Shown here: positions 9,163 through 18,729 of the stretch, piece after piece
Position numbering within the stretch: the stretch's first letter is position 1
Layout of the letters: the number at the start of each line of letters is the position of its first letter
NCBI GenBank assembly: GCA_963676835.2
Contig: CAXXFF010000002.1
Location: 1,600,001 to 1,664,000, forward strand
DNA from: Marispirochaeta sp.
GTDB taxonomy: Bacteria; Spirochaetota; Spirochaetia; JC444; Marispirochaetaceae
Direction: 5' to 3'
DNA: 64,000 nt
Program-made: the position numbers and the translations under genes
The notes under the pieces: generated by a model
The model's database searches: none
Told to the model about the DNA's origin: nothing
The model's input: only the letters and a program-made list of their open reading frames with translations

Positions 9163-9849
9163 TTGGGAATAGACCCTCTTCGTAAAGTGCCGGAAAATCC
9201 AAAATCCCTCACTCACCAGGTTTATGAGACAATCAAGGAACTGATCCTGAGTAAAACCGTGCTTCCCGGCCAGCGAATCAGCGAGCGGGCCCTGATGCGG
9301 GATCTGAGGGTAAGCTCAACCACGGTAAAACGGGCCCTGCAGCGGCTTCAACTCGAAGGAATCGTCGAGATCCGGCCCAGAAGCGGAACCTTTGTAAGTG
9401 ATTCCTTTCCCACCATGGAAGAGAATACCCGTATCCGGGCCCACCTGGAGGGGCTTGCTGCCCATTTTGCAGCGGAAAAAGCCACTGACAAGGATCTGGC
9501 AGGCCTGCGCAGGCAGTTGAGTCTGATGCGAAAGTGGACCGAGGCGGGGGATCTTGAGCAGATTATTCAGGCCAACGTCCGCTTTCATGAGCTGATCCGC
9601 AGTATTGCCGGAAACCCCTATGTGGGAATCCTTTCGGATGTACTGAAAAATTTTGACAGGGTACTCAGGGATCAGGCTCTTTCAGACAGCCGGGAGACCC
9701 TTCGCGGGCTCAAGGACCATAGCGGTGTCTTCGAAGCCCTTGAAAAAGGGGACGGGGAGCTGGCGGAATCCAGAATGCGCAGTCATATCCTGCGTACCCT
9801 GGATTTCGTTAAAACCGAAATCCTGCCCGGCCGGGCAGATCAGTCCTGA
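9163..9849 (+). CDS. GntR-family regulator (wHTH + FCD), tandem paralog 2
   Basis: SLTHQVYETIKELIL...EGIVEIRPRSGTFV; NVRFH and DHSGVFEAL. TTG start. Confidence 0.9.
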   Translation: MGIDPLRKVPENPKSLTHQVYETIKELILSKTVLPGQRISERALMRDLRVSSTTVKRALQRLQLEGIVEIRPRSGTFVSDSFPTMEENTRIRAHLEGLAAHFAAEKATDKDLAGLRRQLSLMRKWTEAGDLEQIIQANVRFHELIRSIAGNPYVGILSDVLKNFDRVLRDQALSDSRETLRGLKDHSGVFEALEKGDGELAESRMRSHILRTLDFVKTEILPGRADQS

Positions 9850-10754
9850 TGCGGGTCAGAGAGTTGCTCTGAAAGCTGCTCGGAAATAAGACAGATATCG
9901 CCCATATCCGCTTTCACATGCCGTGATATTACCGGACATTTAACCCTGAGCAGAAAGAAAACCGGCAGGCCGGTGCCGGAGAGGGATTCGTAGTTTCCCT
10001 GGCCCTTGCTGATAATCAGATCGGCCCCGTTCAGCAAAGTCTGGAATTCCGGAGAGCAGAGTTCCGGTACTGCACCGGGGGCCGGAGATCCCGAAGAAAC
10101 AACGGGGCAGACAGATGTCATTCCCACCTGTTCTGCATCATCCATTGTTATATCATTGATAATGGGTCGTCCCCGAACAGCGTAGGTAAGCTCCTTTTCC
10201 GGAAATAAGGTAACCAGGGTTTCCGCCAGAACACGGTCAAAGACAATTTCTCCGGCGTTGTCGCCTATGTAGATAATTTTCTGAGCATTCTTCAAGGCCT
10301 GGCGGAATTTATCTATGGCAAACAGACGGCTCTCTTCCCGTTCGATGGCGGAGTCCTCCATGGCCAGAATCTTGCCGATCTCTTCCTTGAGGTTGATATG
10401 GGATGCCACTGCGTAGTCTATGATATTGCCCGAGATGGCTATCTCAATACCGGTTAAAAGCATATCCTTTGAGGCCGCCACCCGTTTCTTCAGCTCCGGA
10501 TAGATGCTCATGGCAGCATTGTTATTGGCCTGTTTCTCCTCTTTAAAAGGGTCCGGATTGCCGCTGATCTCTTCCACAGTGCGGTACACCGGCACGGCAT
10601 TCTTAGGCGGCGAGTCTGTCAGGGAAAGCTCAGGGAGAATTCCTGCAACCTTGTGCAGGATCTCAAGCTGGGTCTCTTCAGAGCAGCCTGCTGTGCGGGA
10701 TGCAGAAAGAGCCTGGTTGTAAAGGCAGGGGATGCAGTCTATGTATGTTCGCAC
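9840..10754 (-). CDS. DUF89/ARMT1-like damage-control metal-dependent phosphatase
   Basis: N-terminal CxxC (CIPC). Motifs DPFKEEK, GNIID, DNAGEIVFD, PIIND and SKGQGNYESL. Confidence 0.92.
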   Translation of the reverse strand: MRTYIDCIPCLYNQALSASRTAGCSEETQLEILHKVAGILPELSLTDSPPKNAVPVYRTVEEISGNPDPFKEEKQANNNAAMSIYPELKKRVAASKDMLLTGIEIAISGNIIDYAVASHINLKEEIGKILAMEDSAIEREESRLFAIDKFRQALKNAQKIIYIGDNAGEIVFDRVLAETLVTLFPEKELTYAVRGRPIINDITMDDAEQVGMTSVCPVVSSGSPAPGAVPELCSPEFQTLLNGADLIISKGQGNYESLSGTGLPVFFLLRVKCPVISRHVKADMGDICLISEQLSEQLSDPHQD

Positions 10755-10760
10755 GGGGAA

Positions 10761-11144
10761 TCAGTCCTTTAAAATCTGCTTTTCGATCTTCCGGACCCGC
10801 TTTGTCATATCGTTTACCCTGAATTCCAGGGTATTGAGGATCCAGAACTGAAAATGGTTGAATTTCTGCTGAGAGTGAATCATCCAGACAATCTTTATGG
10901 AAACCAGAAGAACACTCACTTCCAGAGAGACGTAGGAAGGAAGAAAGTGAGTTGTTATCTCAAGGGTAAAAAGGACCAGTATAATTCCCAGAAAAACCAT
11001 ATTGATAATGTTGTCCCTGTGGGAATAGTCCTTGCCGCCGATTTTGCCCAGCATGGCGCGGATACGCTCTTTTTCCCTGTTATACTCTTCCAGTTCTGCC
11101 AGTAGTTCCTGTTCTCTGGCGACGAGATCTTCGTTGATGTTCAT
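10761..11144 (-). CDS. Small membrane protein of unknown function (coiled coil, 2 TM, coiled coil)
   Basis: 127-aa ORF with protein-like composition, ending 6 nt before the DUF89 start. Confidence 0.8.
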   Translation of the reverse strand: MNINEDLVAREQELLAELEEYNREKERIRAMLGKIGGKDYSHRDNIINMVFLGIILVLFTLEITTHFLPSYVSLEVSVLLVSIKIVWMIHSQQKFNHFQFWILNTLEFRVNDMTKRVRKIEKQILKD

Positions 11145-11259
11145 GGGTGTAATATACTTGGCTCATTTTGCCCTGTCCAGACCAAAGGGTGCCAAAGCCT
11201 ATTTTCTCCCGGTGCGGAAAAATGTATACTGCATCCACTTAGCGATTCGGAGGATATCC

Positions 11260-12639
11260 ATGGCAAAACTCTGGCAGAAAGACTACTCCCTGGACTCACT
11301 GATTGAAGCGTTTACCGTAGGCAGGGACTATATGCTGGACATGGAACTTCTGCCTGCGGACTGTACCGCCAGCCTGGCCCACGCAACCATGCTTGCAACT
11401 GCAGGGCTCCTGTCCGACGGAGACCTCTCTTCCCTTTCCCGGGGAATCAGGTCGGTCCTCGATGAATTTGATGGGGGCACCTATAAAATAGAGCGCAGCG
11501 ATGAGGACGGCCATACGGCTCTGGAAAACCGTCTTTGTGAAATCTGCGGTGAGGCGGGGAAGAAGATTCATACCGGCCGCAGCCGGAACGACCAGGTTAT
11601 AACCGCCCTGCGTCTCTACTCCAGGGCCTTTGTTGCCGAGGCGGTTCTGGCCGGTATTGATGCGGTGGAGAGCCTGCTGAATCTGGCAAAAGAGCACCAG
11701 ATGACTCCCATGCCCGGCCGTACCCACATGCAGATTGCCATGCCCTCTTCGGTAGGCCTCTGGGCGGCTGCCTGGGCGGAGGAGCTGCTGGATGCCCTGG
11801 GCAACCTTCTTTCTCTGGACAGGATTCTGGACCAGTCTCCCCTGGGTTCGGCTGCCTCCTACGGCGTGCCCCTGCCGCTGGACCGGGAGCTTACGGCGGA
11901 GCTTATGGGATTCTCCGGGCTTCAGAACAATGTTCTTTATGTGAATAACTCCCGGGGAAAGATGGAGTCCTACCTGCTTGATGCCTGTGATCAGATCGGC
12001 CTTACCTTAAGCAAGCTGGCTCAGGATCTGATTATCTTCTCCATGCCCGAGTTCGGCTACTTTTCTCTGCCTAAAGAGCTCTGTTCCGGTTCCAGCATAA
12101 TGCCCCAGAAAAAGAATCCCGACGGACTTGAGCTGATGCGGGCTAAATCCGGGACTTTGTCTTCCTATGCAATGCAGGTGAAGTCGATTATCCGCTCTCT
12201 GCCTTCCGGTTATAACCGGGATTTTCAGGAGACCAAGGAACCCTTCATGCGGGGAGCCCGTCTGACAATACAGATGCTTCAGGTTGCCGCACTTACCATA
12301 AAAAAACTTCAGGTTCATCCCGAAGCGCTGAAGAAAGGTTTCGTTCCGGAGATTTTTGCCACCGATGTGGCCCTCGATATGGCGGCGGCGGGAAAAAGTT
12401 TCCGCGATGCCTACCGTGAGGTGGGGACAGCCCTTGAAAAGGTTGCCGGTGAAGATCCGGTGGAATCCCTTAAACGGAGAACCTCTACGGGGTCTCCGGG
12501 AAATCTTAACCTTAAGGTTCCGGCCACCAGGGCTGCGGAGATCGCATCCCATGCCAGAGGGATGAAAGCCCAGCTTGAGACTGCCGCATCGGAGCTTCTG
12601 GGAAGGGACGTGTCGCTTTTTCCGGACATCGTCAGCTGA
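11260..12639 (+). CDS. argH: Argininosuccinate lyase
   Basis: Motifs MAKLW, KIHTGRSRNDQ, PGRTHMQ, GSSIMPQKKNPD and GYNRDFQ. Start at ATG 11260 after GGAGG. Confidence 0.96.
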   Translation: MAKLWQKDYSLDSLIEAFTVGRDYMLDMELLPADCTASLAHATMLATAGLLSDGDLSSLSRGIRSVLDEFDGGTYKIERSDEDGHTALENRLCEICGEAGKKIHTGRSRNDQVITALRLYSRAFVAEAVLAGIDAVESLLNLAKEHQMTPMPGRTHMQIAMPSSVGLWAAAWAEELLDALGNLLSLDRILDQSPLGSAASYGVPLPLDRELTAELMGFSGLQNNVLYVNNSRGKMESYLLDACDQIGLTLSKLAQDLIIFSMPEFGYFSLPKELCSGSSIMPQKKNPDGLELMRAKSGTLSSYAMQVKSIIRSLPSGYNRDFQETKEPFMRGARLTIQMLQVAALTIKKLQVHPEALKKGFVPEIFATDVALDMAAAGKSFRDAYREVGTALEKVAGEDPVESLKRRTSTGSPGNLNLKVPATRAAEIASHARGMKAQLETAASELLGRDVSLFPDIVS

Positions 12640-12662
12640 CCTTTCCTTCGGGTCTTTTTTTC

Positions 12663-13487
12663 CTATCCCCTTCTTTTCATCACTGTTCTTACCGTTCCTG
12701 CAATACCCAGGCCGATAAAGGTTATGAGGAAAGGAGAGGCAAGCAGCAGGGAGTCGGGGATTCCCTGGACACCCTGCAATATTGTTGAACCGGCACTGGC
12801 TGCGGCAAAGAGCAGAACTGTTCCAAGCATACCTACAGGGTGGGGGCCTGCGATATAAAGAGCCACCAGGGCAATCCAGCCGCGGCCGCCGGTCATGTTG
12901 GGAACGTAGGCAAGAATATCCAGAGACAGCAGTGCCCCTGCAAGGCCGGTGCCGGCGCCGGAAAGAATCAGGGTCTGAAACTGTATTGTTGAAGGAGAAT
13001 ATCCTAAATTGAGCAGTGTCGCCGGAGCTTCTCCTGCGGCGATAACACGGTGTCCCCAGGTTGTTCGTCTGAAGATCAGCATCATGGCGACAAAAAAGCT
13101 ACCCGCCAGAACAACCGGGACAGCTCCCGGCATGGGACTGATGGTTCCGAAGTTGAGTACTCCCTTGGTATTGAAAAGTTTCTGGGAAATAATGCCCAAA
13201 ATACCTGCTGCTGCAAGGTTCAGAGCCAGTCCGCTTAAGAAGACATTAGCTCTCAGCTTCAGGATTATCCATCCAAGAAATGCTCCAGCGGCTCCGCCGG
13301 CAATAAGTCCAGCAGCAAGGCCTGCGGTCCAGGATCCTGTCCAGGCGGCGGCAAGATAACCGAAGAATGCCCCTGCAGCCATCAGTCCTTCAAGCCCTAT
13401 ATTCAGAACTCCTCCCCTGAAGGGAAAATACCCGGCAATGCCTGCAATAAGCAGGGGTGGAATAATTTTAAGCAGAGAATCAAGCAT
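12663..13487 (-). CDS. rfuD: ABC transporter permease (RfuD-like, nucleoside/riboflavin family)
   Basis: GVLNIGLEG, GRGWIALVA and PFLIT motifs. Last gene of the FMN-riboswitch operon. Confidence 0.75.
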   Translation of the reverse strand: MLDSLLKIIPPLLIAGIAGYFPFRGGVLNIGLEGLMAAGAFFGYLAAAWTGSWTAGLAAGLIAGGAAGAFLGWIILKLRANVFLSGLALNLAAAGILGIISQKLFNTKGVLNFGTISPMPGAVPVVLAGSFFVAMMLIFRRTTWGHRVIAAGEAPATLLNLGYSPSTIQFQTLILSGAGTGLAGALLSLDILAYVPNMTGGRGWIALVALYIAGPHPVGMLGTVLLFAAASAGSTILQGVQGIPDSLLLASPFLITFIGLGIAGTVRTVMKRRG

Positions 13488-14472
13488 CTTTGTTATCCCC
13501 CGCGGTAATGACAATGAAAACAACCGCCTGAAGAAGGAGACTCATTTCCGATGAGACTCCCGAATCCATAACTGCTGTTGAAAATCCCTGGGTAAGCCAG
13601 GCGAAAAACAGTGCCGCCGGCAGTATAAGGCCGGGTTTGTATCTGGCAATCAGGGCAACTGCAATGCCGTTCCAGCCGAGCCCTGCGGTACCTCCCTGTA
13701 CAGCCGCACCGTAGGAGCCAAGGCTTACCAGAGCTCCTGCCAGACCGCAGAGGGCTCCTGATGCCGTTATGGCGGCAGTCCTGAAGGCTCCGGTGGGGAT
13801 TCCGGACAGGGCTGCAAAGCGGGAGTTTGCACCGGTGAGCTGCAGCTCGTAACCTTTCAGGGTATATCCCTTGAACAGCAGCCAGAGGAGCATTACCCCG
13901 ACGGCGATAAAAATGGCGCTCGTCAGATTGGATGGGGGAAGCAGCTTCTGAAGCCGGAATCCCTCAGCAATTTTGGGGCTGGTTAGAAGATAGCTCGCAG
14001 GATCCCTCAGCGGTACCGCCAGCAGATAGTCGATTACCGGTATGGCAGCCCCTGCAACCAGATAGGTTGAGATTAATTCGTCAGCGCCGATCTTCTCTCT
14101 GAGAAAGCCCGAAATCCATGCCATGGCCCCTCCGCCGGCAATACCCGCAAGTATTGCCAGGGGTATCCCTAAGGCAGGCGGAATGCCGGGTATCCACAGG
14201 AGGAGCATTACCGGCAGCAGGGAGCCCAGGTATGCCTGTCCCTCGCCGCCGAGATTAAAGGACCCCGCCGCCATGGCAACCGCAATGCCGGTGCCTGTTA
14301 TGGTAAGCAGGCTCATCTGGGCAAGCATGTTTCCCATGGAAAAGCTGCTTCCCCCGGGGCTTACCAGCAGGTCAAAAAGGGTTGTGAGGGGGTGGCTGCT
14401 CAGAAGCACTGCGGTGAGAATTACCCCGCTGATACCTGCTGCAAAGATGATAATTCTAAGAGGTCTGGTCAT
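13480..14472 (-). CDS. rfuC: ABC transporter permease (RfuC-like)
   Basis: FNLGGEGQ, GYEL..TGAN..FA and GLGWNGIAVAL motifs. Start ATG 14472. Confidence 0.75.
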   Translation of the reverse strand: MTRPLRIIIFAAGISGVILTAVLLSSHPLTTLFDLLVSPGGSSFSMGNMLAQMSLLTITGTGIAVAMAAGSFNLGGEGQAYLGSLLPVMLLLWIPGIPPALGIPLAILAGIAGGGAMAWISGFLREKIGADELISTYLVAGAAIPVIDYLLAVPLRDPASYLLTSPKIAEGFRLQKLLPPSNLTSAIFIAVGVMLLWLLFKGYTLKGYELQLTGANSRFAALSGIPTGAFRTAAITASGALCGLAGALVSLGSYGAAVQGGTAGLGWNGIAVALIARYKPGLILPAALFFAWLTQGFSTAVMDSGVSSEMSLLLQAVVFIVITAGDNKDA

Positions 14473-15949
14473 AACTTTTTTCCTTCTTGCCCATCTTCCC
14501 CTGCAGACCGAGTACAGCATCTCCGATCTTCTGATGATCAAACTCATCTTTAAGAAAAGATGCTTCAATTTTTCCCTGATGAAGCACCAGCAGGCGGTCG
14601 GCGATATCGAGCACCTCGTCAATATCGCTTGCAAGCAGCAGTATCCCATGGCCCTTCAGGCTCAGTGCCCGAATGTGACGGTATATTTCTGTACGGCTGC
14701 GCACATCGAGCCCCCAGCCCGGTTCACAGAGAACCAGGATTTTGCCGGGTGATTCAAGATCCCGGGCCAGAATCAGCCGCTGGAGCATCCCGCCGGAAAG
14801 TGCCGCTGCCGACGCTTCCGGCGAGGCTTTTATTTTGTAGTCTTCAAGCAGTTGTTTTGCGTACTTTTTCCGTTGTCCGGTAAAAAGAAACCCCCTGCGG
14901 GTCAGTTTTTTTCTCACCGCTGCAGCGCCATTGTCGGCAATGGAGAGGGAGAGGGCGGCACCGCTTCTCTGGCGGTCCGACGGGATGATAGCCACTCCGG
15001 AATCTCTCAAGCTTTCAGGACGGGACGGGAAGGGCTGACTGTCTGCCAGCATTATTGTTCCGGAAGAAAGGTTTGTCTGCAGGGTCAGTACCTGTTCAAG
15101 CTGGTCGAGTCCGTTTTCCCGAATGCCCGTAATAGCCAGTATTTCCCCTTCATAAAGTTCAAAGGAGATATCTTCAAGCCTTGTTCCCCGGGAAAGGGTT
15201 GCAGCACCCTGGAAGGTCAGGCAGGCGGTTCCTTTATTCCCTGCCTTCCCGCTTGTTGCAAGGCTTTCCGGTCCTTTGCCGCCCATTATGTTCCTCGAGA
15301 GCTCATCTATGCCGATCTCTTCCGGCATGCATTCCCGTACAACTTCTCCTTTTCTGAGCACCGTTAGCCGGTCGGCTTTACTGTATATTTCCTCTATCTT
15401 GTGAGAGACGAGAACAATCCCCATTCCCCTGTCGGCACGTGTTCTCAGATATCTGAAGAGCTTGTCTGTTTCGGCGGGAGTAAACGATGTAGTCGGCTCA
15501 TCCAGAAAAAGAAAGTCCGGATTTTTCAACAGCGCTCCCAGGAGAACTCCCAGGGTTATCTGATTTGCCGGAAGCTTGTATGCCGGAATATGGAGGGGAA
15601 TATCTATTCCCAGCTCGGTACAGAACCTTACTTTTTTATTCTCTATCTCTTTTCGCTCCCCCGGGGCCGCCAGGACAAGATAGTCATACAGGGTGAGAGA
15701 AGGGATAAGCTCGGGCAGTTGGGGCACCAGAGCGATGTTACTGCTGCCGTTTATCTCTCCACTGTCAGGTACAAGTATGCCGGCAAGGCAGCGGACCAGG
15801 GTTGTTTTTCCTGATCCGTTTTCTCCTATCAGTCCGTGAACCTCTCCTGAGCGCAGCCGGATAGCTGCACCCTTTAAAGCGGTAACTTCGCCGTGGTGAA
15901 AATATTTATATAAATTCTCCGCTTTCAGGATAGTCGGCGCTGCCTGCAT
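14456..15949 (-). CDS. rfuB: ABC transporter ATP-binding protein with tandem NBDs (RfuB-like)
   Basis: Walker A GENGSGKT, LDEPT, SHK, LSGGMLQR and GLDV. Confidence 0.8.
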   Translation of the reverse strand: MQAAPTILKAENLYKYFHHGEVTALKGAAIRLRSGEVHGLIGENGSGKTTLVRCLAGILVPDSGEINGSSNIALVPQLPELIPSLTLYDYLVLAAPGERKEIENKKVRFCTELGIDIPLHIPAYKLPANQITLGVLLGALLKNPDFLFLDEPTTSFTPAETDKLFRYLRTRADRGMGIVLVSHKIEEIYSKADRLTVLRKGEVVRECMPEEIGIDELSRNIMGGKGPESLATSGKAGNKGTACLTFQGAATLSRGTRLEDISFELYEGEILAITGIRENGLDQLEQVLTLQTNLSSGTIMLADSQPFPSRPESLRDSGVAIIPSDRQRSGAALSLSIADNGAAAVRKKLTRRGFLFTGQRKKYAKQLLEDYKIKASPEASAAALSGGMLQRLILARDLESPGKILVLCEPGWGLDVRSRTEIYRHIRALSLKGHGILLLASDIDEVLDIADRLLVLHQGKIEASFLKDEFDHQKIGDAVLGLQGKMGKKEKSYDQTS

Positions 15950-15960
15950 ATGCTTGTACG

Positions 15961-17049
15961 CTACTCCTGTATGTGTATGCGTCCGAATTTCAGCCCGTCG
16001 AGGTGTTCTTCCAGGGCACTGCGGATTTCAGAACTCAGAAATTGTCTGTATGCCGGATGATCCATGGCAAAATCGATATAACCCTCGGCTATCCCCGCCT
16101 GCTCGGCACTGCCGTAGGAGAGGGTCCCTTCTATGGCGGCTGTTGTCTTTTCTTCTGCGGCCCTGTCCAGGTATATCCGTGTTCCTCCCAGGACCACTCC
16201 CGGGCCTGCATCGTAGCCGGGGGAATCAAACCAGACAACACTTTTTCCGGCGTCTCTGGCGGCAGAAACTACTCCCTGGTTTGCACCGCCGGCAATGGCC
16301 AGTATTGATTCCGTTCCGGTACGGTACATATCTCGGGCAAGCTCTGCACCCTTGTTGGCGTCGTACCAGTTTCCCACTACCCGGAAATCAAGTTCCGCCT
16401 CTCCCGCAGCAGATTTTGCGCCTGTCAGGAATCCGGGGCGGATGGATTGTACCATGTCCGGGTACTCCTGGCCGGCTATGAGGCCCACTTTAACCGGAAG
16501 AGTCTGAGCTTCCATCGCCAGCAGTCCGGCAAAGTATCCTGCCAGGTATCCCTGTTCTTTCTGGTTAAAACGGAAGGTGTAGATTGACTGGTTTCCCTCC
16601 AGATTTCCGTCAAGGATAAGGAAGCGGGAAGCGGGGTAGGCTTTTGCGGCTTCACTGCAGATTTCGGGCATGGCCGGATTTGAGGTAATAATCAGATCGT
16701 ATTTGCCGGAAGATGCCAGAGAAGTGACTTTTGTAAGCCATTCTCCCTGGTTGTATCCTCCCTCAACAACTGCAGCCTTCACACCGGGATGTTTGGCCAC
16801 GGCTGCATTAACGCCGTTCACCATCATTTCATAGGTGGGGCTTCCGGCTACTACGCCGGGTACAAATACTGCGATGGAAGAAACCTCCGCCGCAGGGGGA
16901 GTTGGCGGGGGGCTCTTCTCCATCTCGGCTGTTTTTCGTCCACTGCAGGAGCTGACAACAGCCGCAGCTATCAGCAGAAAAGCTGCACCGGCGCTGATAC
17001 GCCTGAGTAATTTGGGGAAACTGACAAAAAAAAGAAAATTGGGGTTCAT
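15961..17049 (-). CDS. rfuA: BMP-family substrate-binding lipoprotein (RfuA-like riboflavin binding)
   Basis: Lipobox VVSS-C. Motifs IAVFVPG...SPTY, ITSNP and VGNWYDA. Start ATG 17049 after GGAGG, downstream of the FMN riboswitch. Confidence 0.8.
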   Translation of the reverse strand: MNPNFLFFVSFPKLLRRISAGAAFLLIAAAVVSSCSGRKTAEMEKSPPPTPPAAEVSSIAVFVPGVVAGSPTYEMMVNGVNAAVAKHPGVKAAVVEGGYNQGEWLTKVTSLASSGKYDLIITSNPAMPEICSEAAKAYPASRFLILDGNLEGNQSIYTFRFNQKEQGYLAGYFAGLLAMEAQTLPVKVGLIAGQEYPDMVQSIRPGFLTGAKSAAGEAELDFRVVGNWYDANKGAELARDMYRTGTESILAIAGGANQGVVSAARDAGKSVVWFDSPGYDAGPGVVLGGTRIYLDRAAEEKTTAAIEGTLSYGSAEQAGIAEGYIDFAMDHPAYRQFLSSEIRSALEEHLDGLKFGRIHIQE

Positions 17050-17127
17050 AAACCTGCCTCCAAATACGGGGCAGATGAGAGAAAGTAGAGCGGGCCCCGG
17101 AAGGGTTCTCCCTCCGTGGCTGGTTCC

Positions 17128-17266
17128 ATTTTCTTCTCCCATCCAGACTTTCACTGTCGGTTCCGGAATCTCACCGGATCCCCCTGAATCACCGTCAACG
17201 ACAGATGAGCCAGGATTGCGGACTATAACCGCCGGTCGGGACAAATGTCCCTCCCTCGAAGAAAAT
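17128..17266 (-). ncRNA. FMN (RFN) riboswitch with an atypical 5' half
   Basis: Minus strand reads CCCGACCGGCGGT...AGTCCGC...GATCCGGTGAGATTCCGGAACCGACAGTGAAAGTCTGGATGGGAGAAGA. P1 is ATTTTCTTC/GAAGAAAAT. Confidence 0.92.
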
Positions 17267-17283
17267 TTTTCTATTACGGCTTG

Positions 17284-17312
17284 AATGTAATGCTTTCAGC
17301 ATGCAGTGTCAA
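17284..17312 (-). promoter_or_regulatory. Sigma70 promoter of the riboswitch/rfu operon
   Basis: Minus-strand TTGACA-17bp-TACATT, just upstream of riboswitch P1. Confidence 0.65.
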
Positions 17313-17448
17313 TGAAGAAGCCGTTGCGGGAAGGGCCTTCTCTTGACCCCCATTCATCACACATGGTAGTTTCTGAGTATAATTTCTTTAACGAACTCCT
17401 AACCTAGCGACACCCGAAAAGGGGCGCACGAGATGATGGGGACCACCT

Positions 17449-18723
17449 TTGAGCATATCTAAACCCGGAACTTTGGGGATAATTGCCTGCCCTGGCGGGG
17501 CCAGTTTTTCCGACGATGTAATACCGCACCTGCGGTCGATCTATGCGCGGAAGTATGAACGAATGGCGAGCCGTCTTGCCAAGCGCTATTCAATTTCAAA
17601 AGAAAAGGCCATAGAGCGGATCAACTATGTACAGGATCTGCATACCCCGCCGCAGAATCATGGTTTTCTTGGCGGGAGCTATCGTCCCCCTTCATTCAAG
17701 ATCCCGACCCGTTTTACCCAGTTTGCAAACGGGGAGTTCAAGGCGGAAATTCTTGCCTCGGTGCGCGGCATGGATCTTTATATTATTCAGGATGTTGAAA
17801 ACCGGCACCCGGTAAACCTGAATGGTGAAGAGCTGGTGCTCTCGGTTAATGATCACATTTTTCTGCTTTTTGTAACCATAGATGCAGCCCTTCTGGCGGG
17901 GGCCCGGAGTGTTACTCTGGTGTTGCCGGTGTATCCCTATTCCCGCCAGCATAAACAGAAAGGCCGTGAGAGCCTTACGGCAGCCTGGTTCGGCCGGGTC
18001 TGTGAGTATATGGGAGTTAACCGGATTATTACTCTGGACCTCCACTCCCGGGAAATCCAGAGTGCCTTTCATCATACGGCTGTGGAAAATCTTCATGGGT
18101 CCTACCAGATCCTGCGAACCCTCTCCCGGCTGGTTGATCTGATAAACGACGACCTTGTGGTTGTTTCTCCCGATACTGGCGCGGTGGACAGGAATAAATT
18201 CTATGCCGTAAGTCTCCATAAACCTCTGGCCCTGCTCTACAAGGAGCGGGATTATTCCAAGGTGAGCCAGGCCGGGGACAGTAATATTGTAAATATCAAC
18301 CTTCTCGGTGATGTAGAAGGAAAGTCAGTCTTTATGGCGGATGACATGCTTGGTACCGGCGGAACGCTGATCAAGGCAATGTCCCACCTTAAAGAGCTTG
18401 GCGCGGAGAAGATTATCTGTGCCATCAGTCTGCCCCTTTTTACCGGCGACGCAATCAAGCATTTTGACGAAGCCTACGAGAAGGGGCTTTTTTATCGCAT
18501 TATTGGAACAAACGCGGTCTATCACAGCGAAGAGCTGCTCTCCCGGGAGTGGTATGTCAGCGCCAATATTGCCAACCTCTTCTCCCGTATCATCTCCCGG
18601 CTGCACCACGGCCGCTCTCTCAGCCCCCTTCTGGATAACCGGCGCATTATACAGCGGCTCATGTCTCAGGTGGCGGCGGAGTCCAACGGAGGAGAACTCC
18701 CCTTCGGACATGGTGAGGACTGA
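17449..18723 (+). CDS. prs: Ribose-phosphate pyrophosphokinase (long spirochaete-type N-terminus)
   Basis: Motifs FANGE, YPYSRQHK, TLDLH, VVSPDTGAV and DDMLGTGGTL. TTG start. Confidence 0.93.
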   Translation: MSISKPGTLGIIACPGGASFSDDVIPHLRSIYARKYERMASRLAKRYSISKEKAIERINYVQDLHTPPQNHGFLGGSYRPPSFKIPTRFTQFANGEFKAEILASVRGMDLYIIQDVENRHPVNLNGEELVLSVNDHIFLLFVTIDAALLAGARSVTLVLPVYPYSRQHKQKGRESLTAAWFGRVCEYMGVNRIITLDLHSREIQSAFHHTAVENLHGSYQILRTLSRLVDLINDDLVVVSPDTGAVDRNKFYAVSLHKPLALLYKERDYSKVSQAGDSNIVNINLLGDVEGKSVFMADDMLGTGGTLIKAMSHLKELGAEKIICAISLPLFTGDAIKHFDEAYEKGLFYRIIGTNAVYHSEELLSREWYVSANIANLFSRIISRLHHGRSLSPLLDNRRIIQRLMSQVAAESNGGELPFGHGED

Positions 18724-18729
18724 TCTCTC

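Noticed and set aside
17050..17244. 65-aa N-terminal extension of the BMP lipoprotein in the ORF track
   Set aside because: It runs through the riboswitch. The SD and signal peptide support ATG 17049. Tracked extensions of dapA-like, 2-HCT, argH, rfuC, ptsI and GerMN were trimmed for similar reasons.
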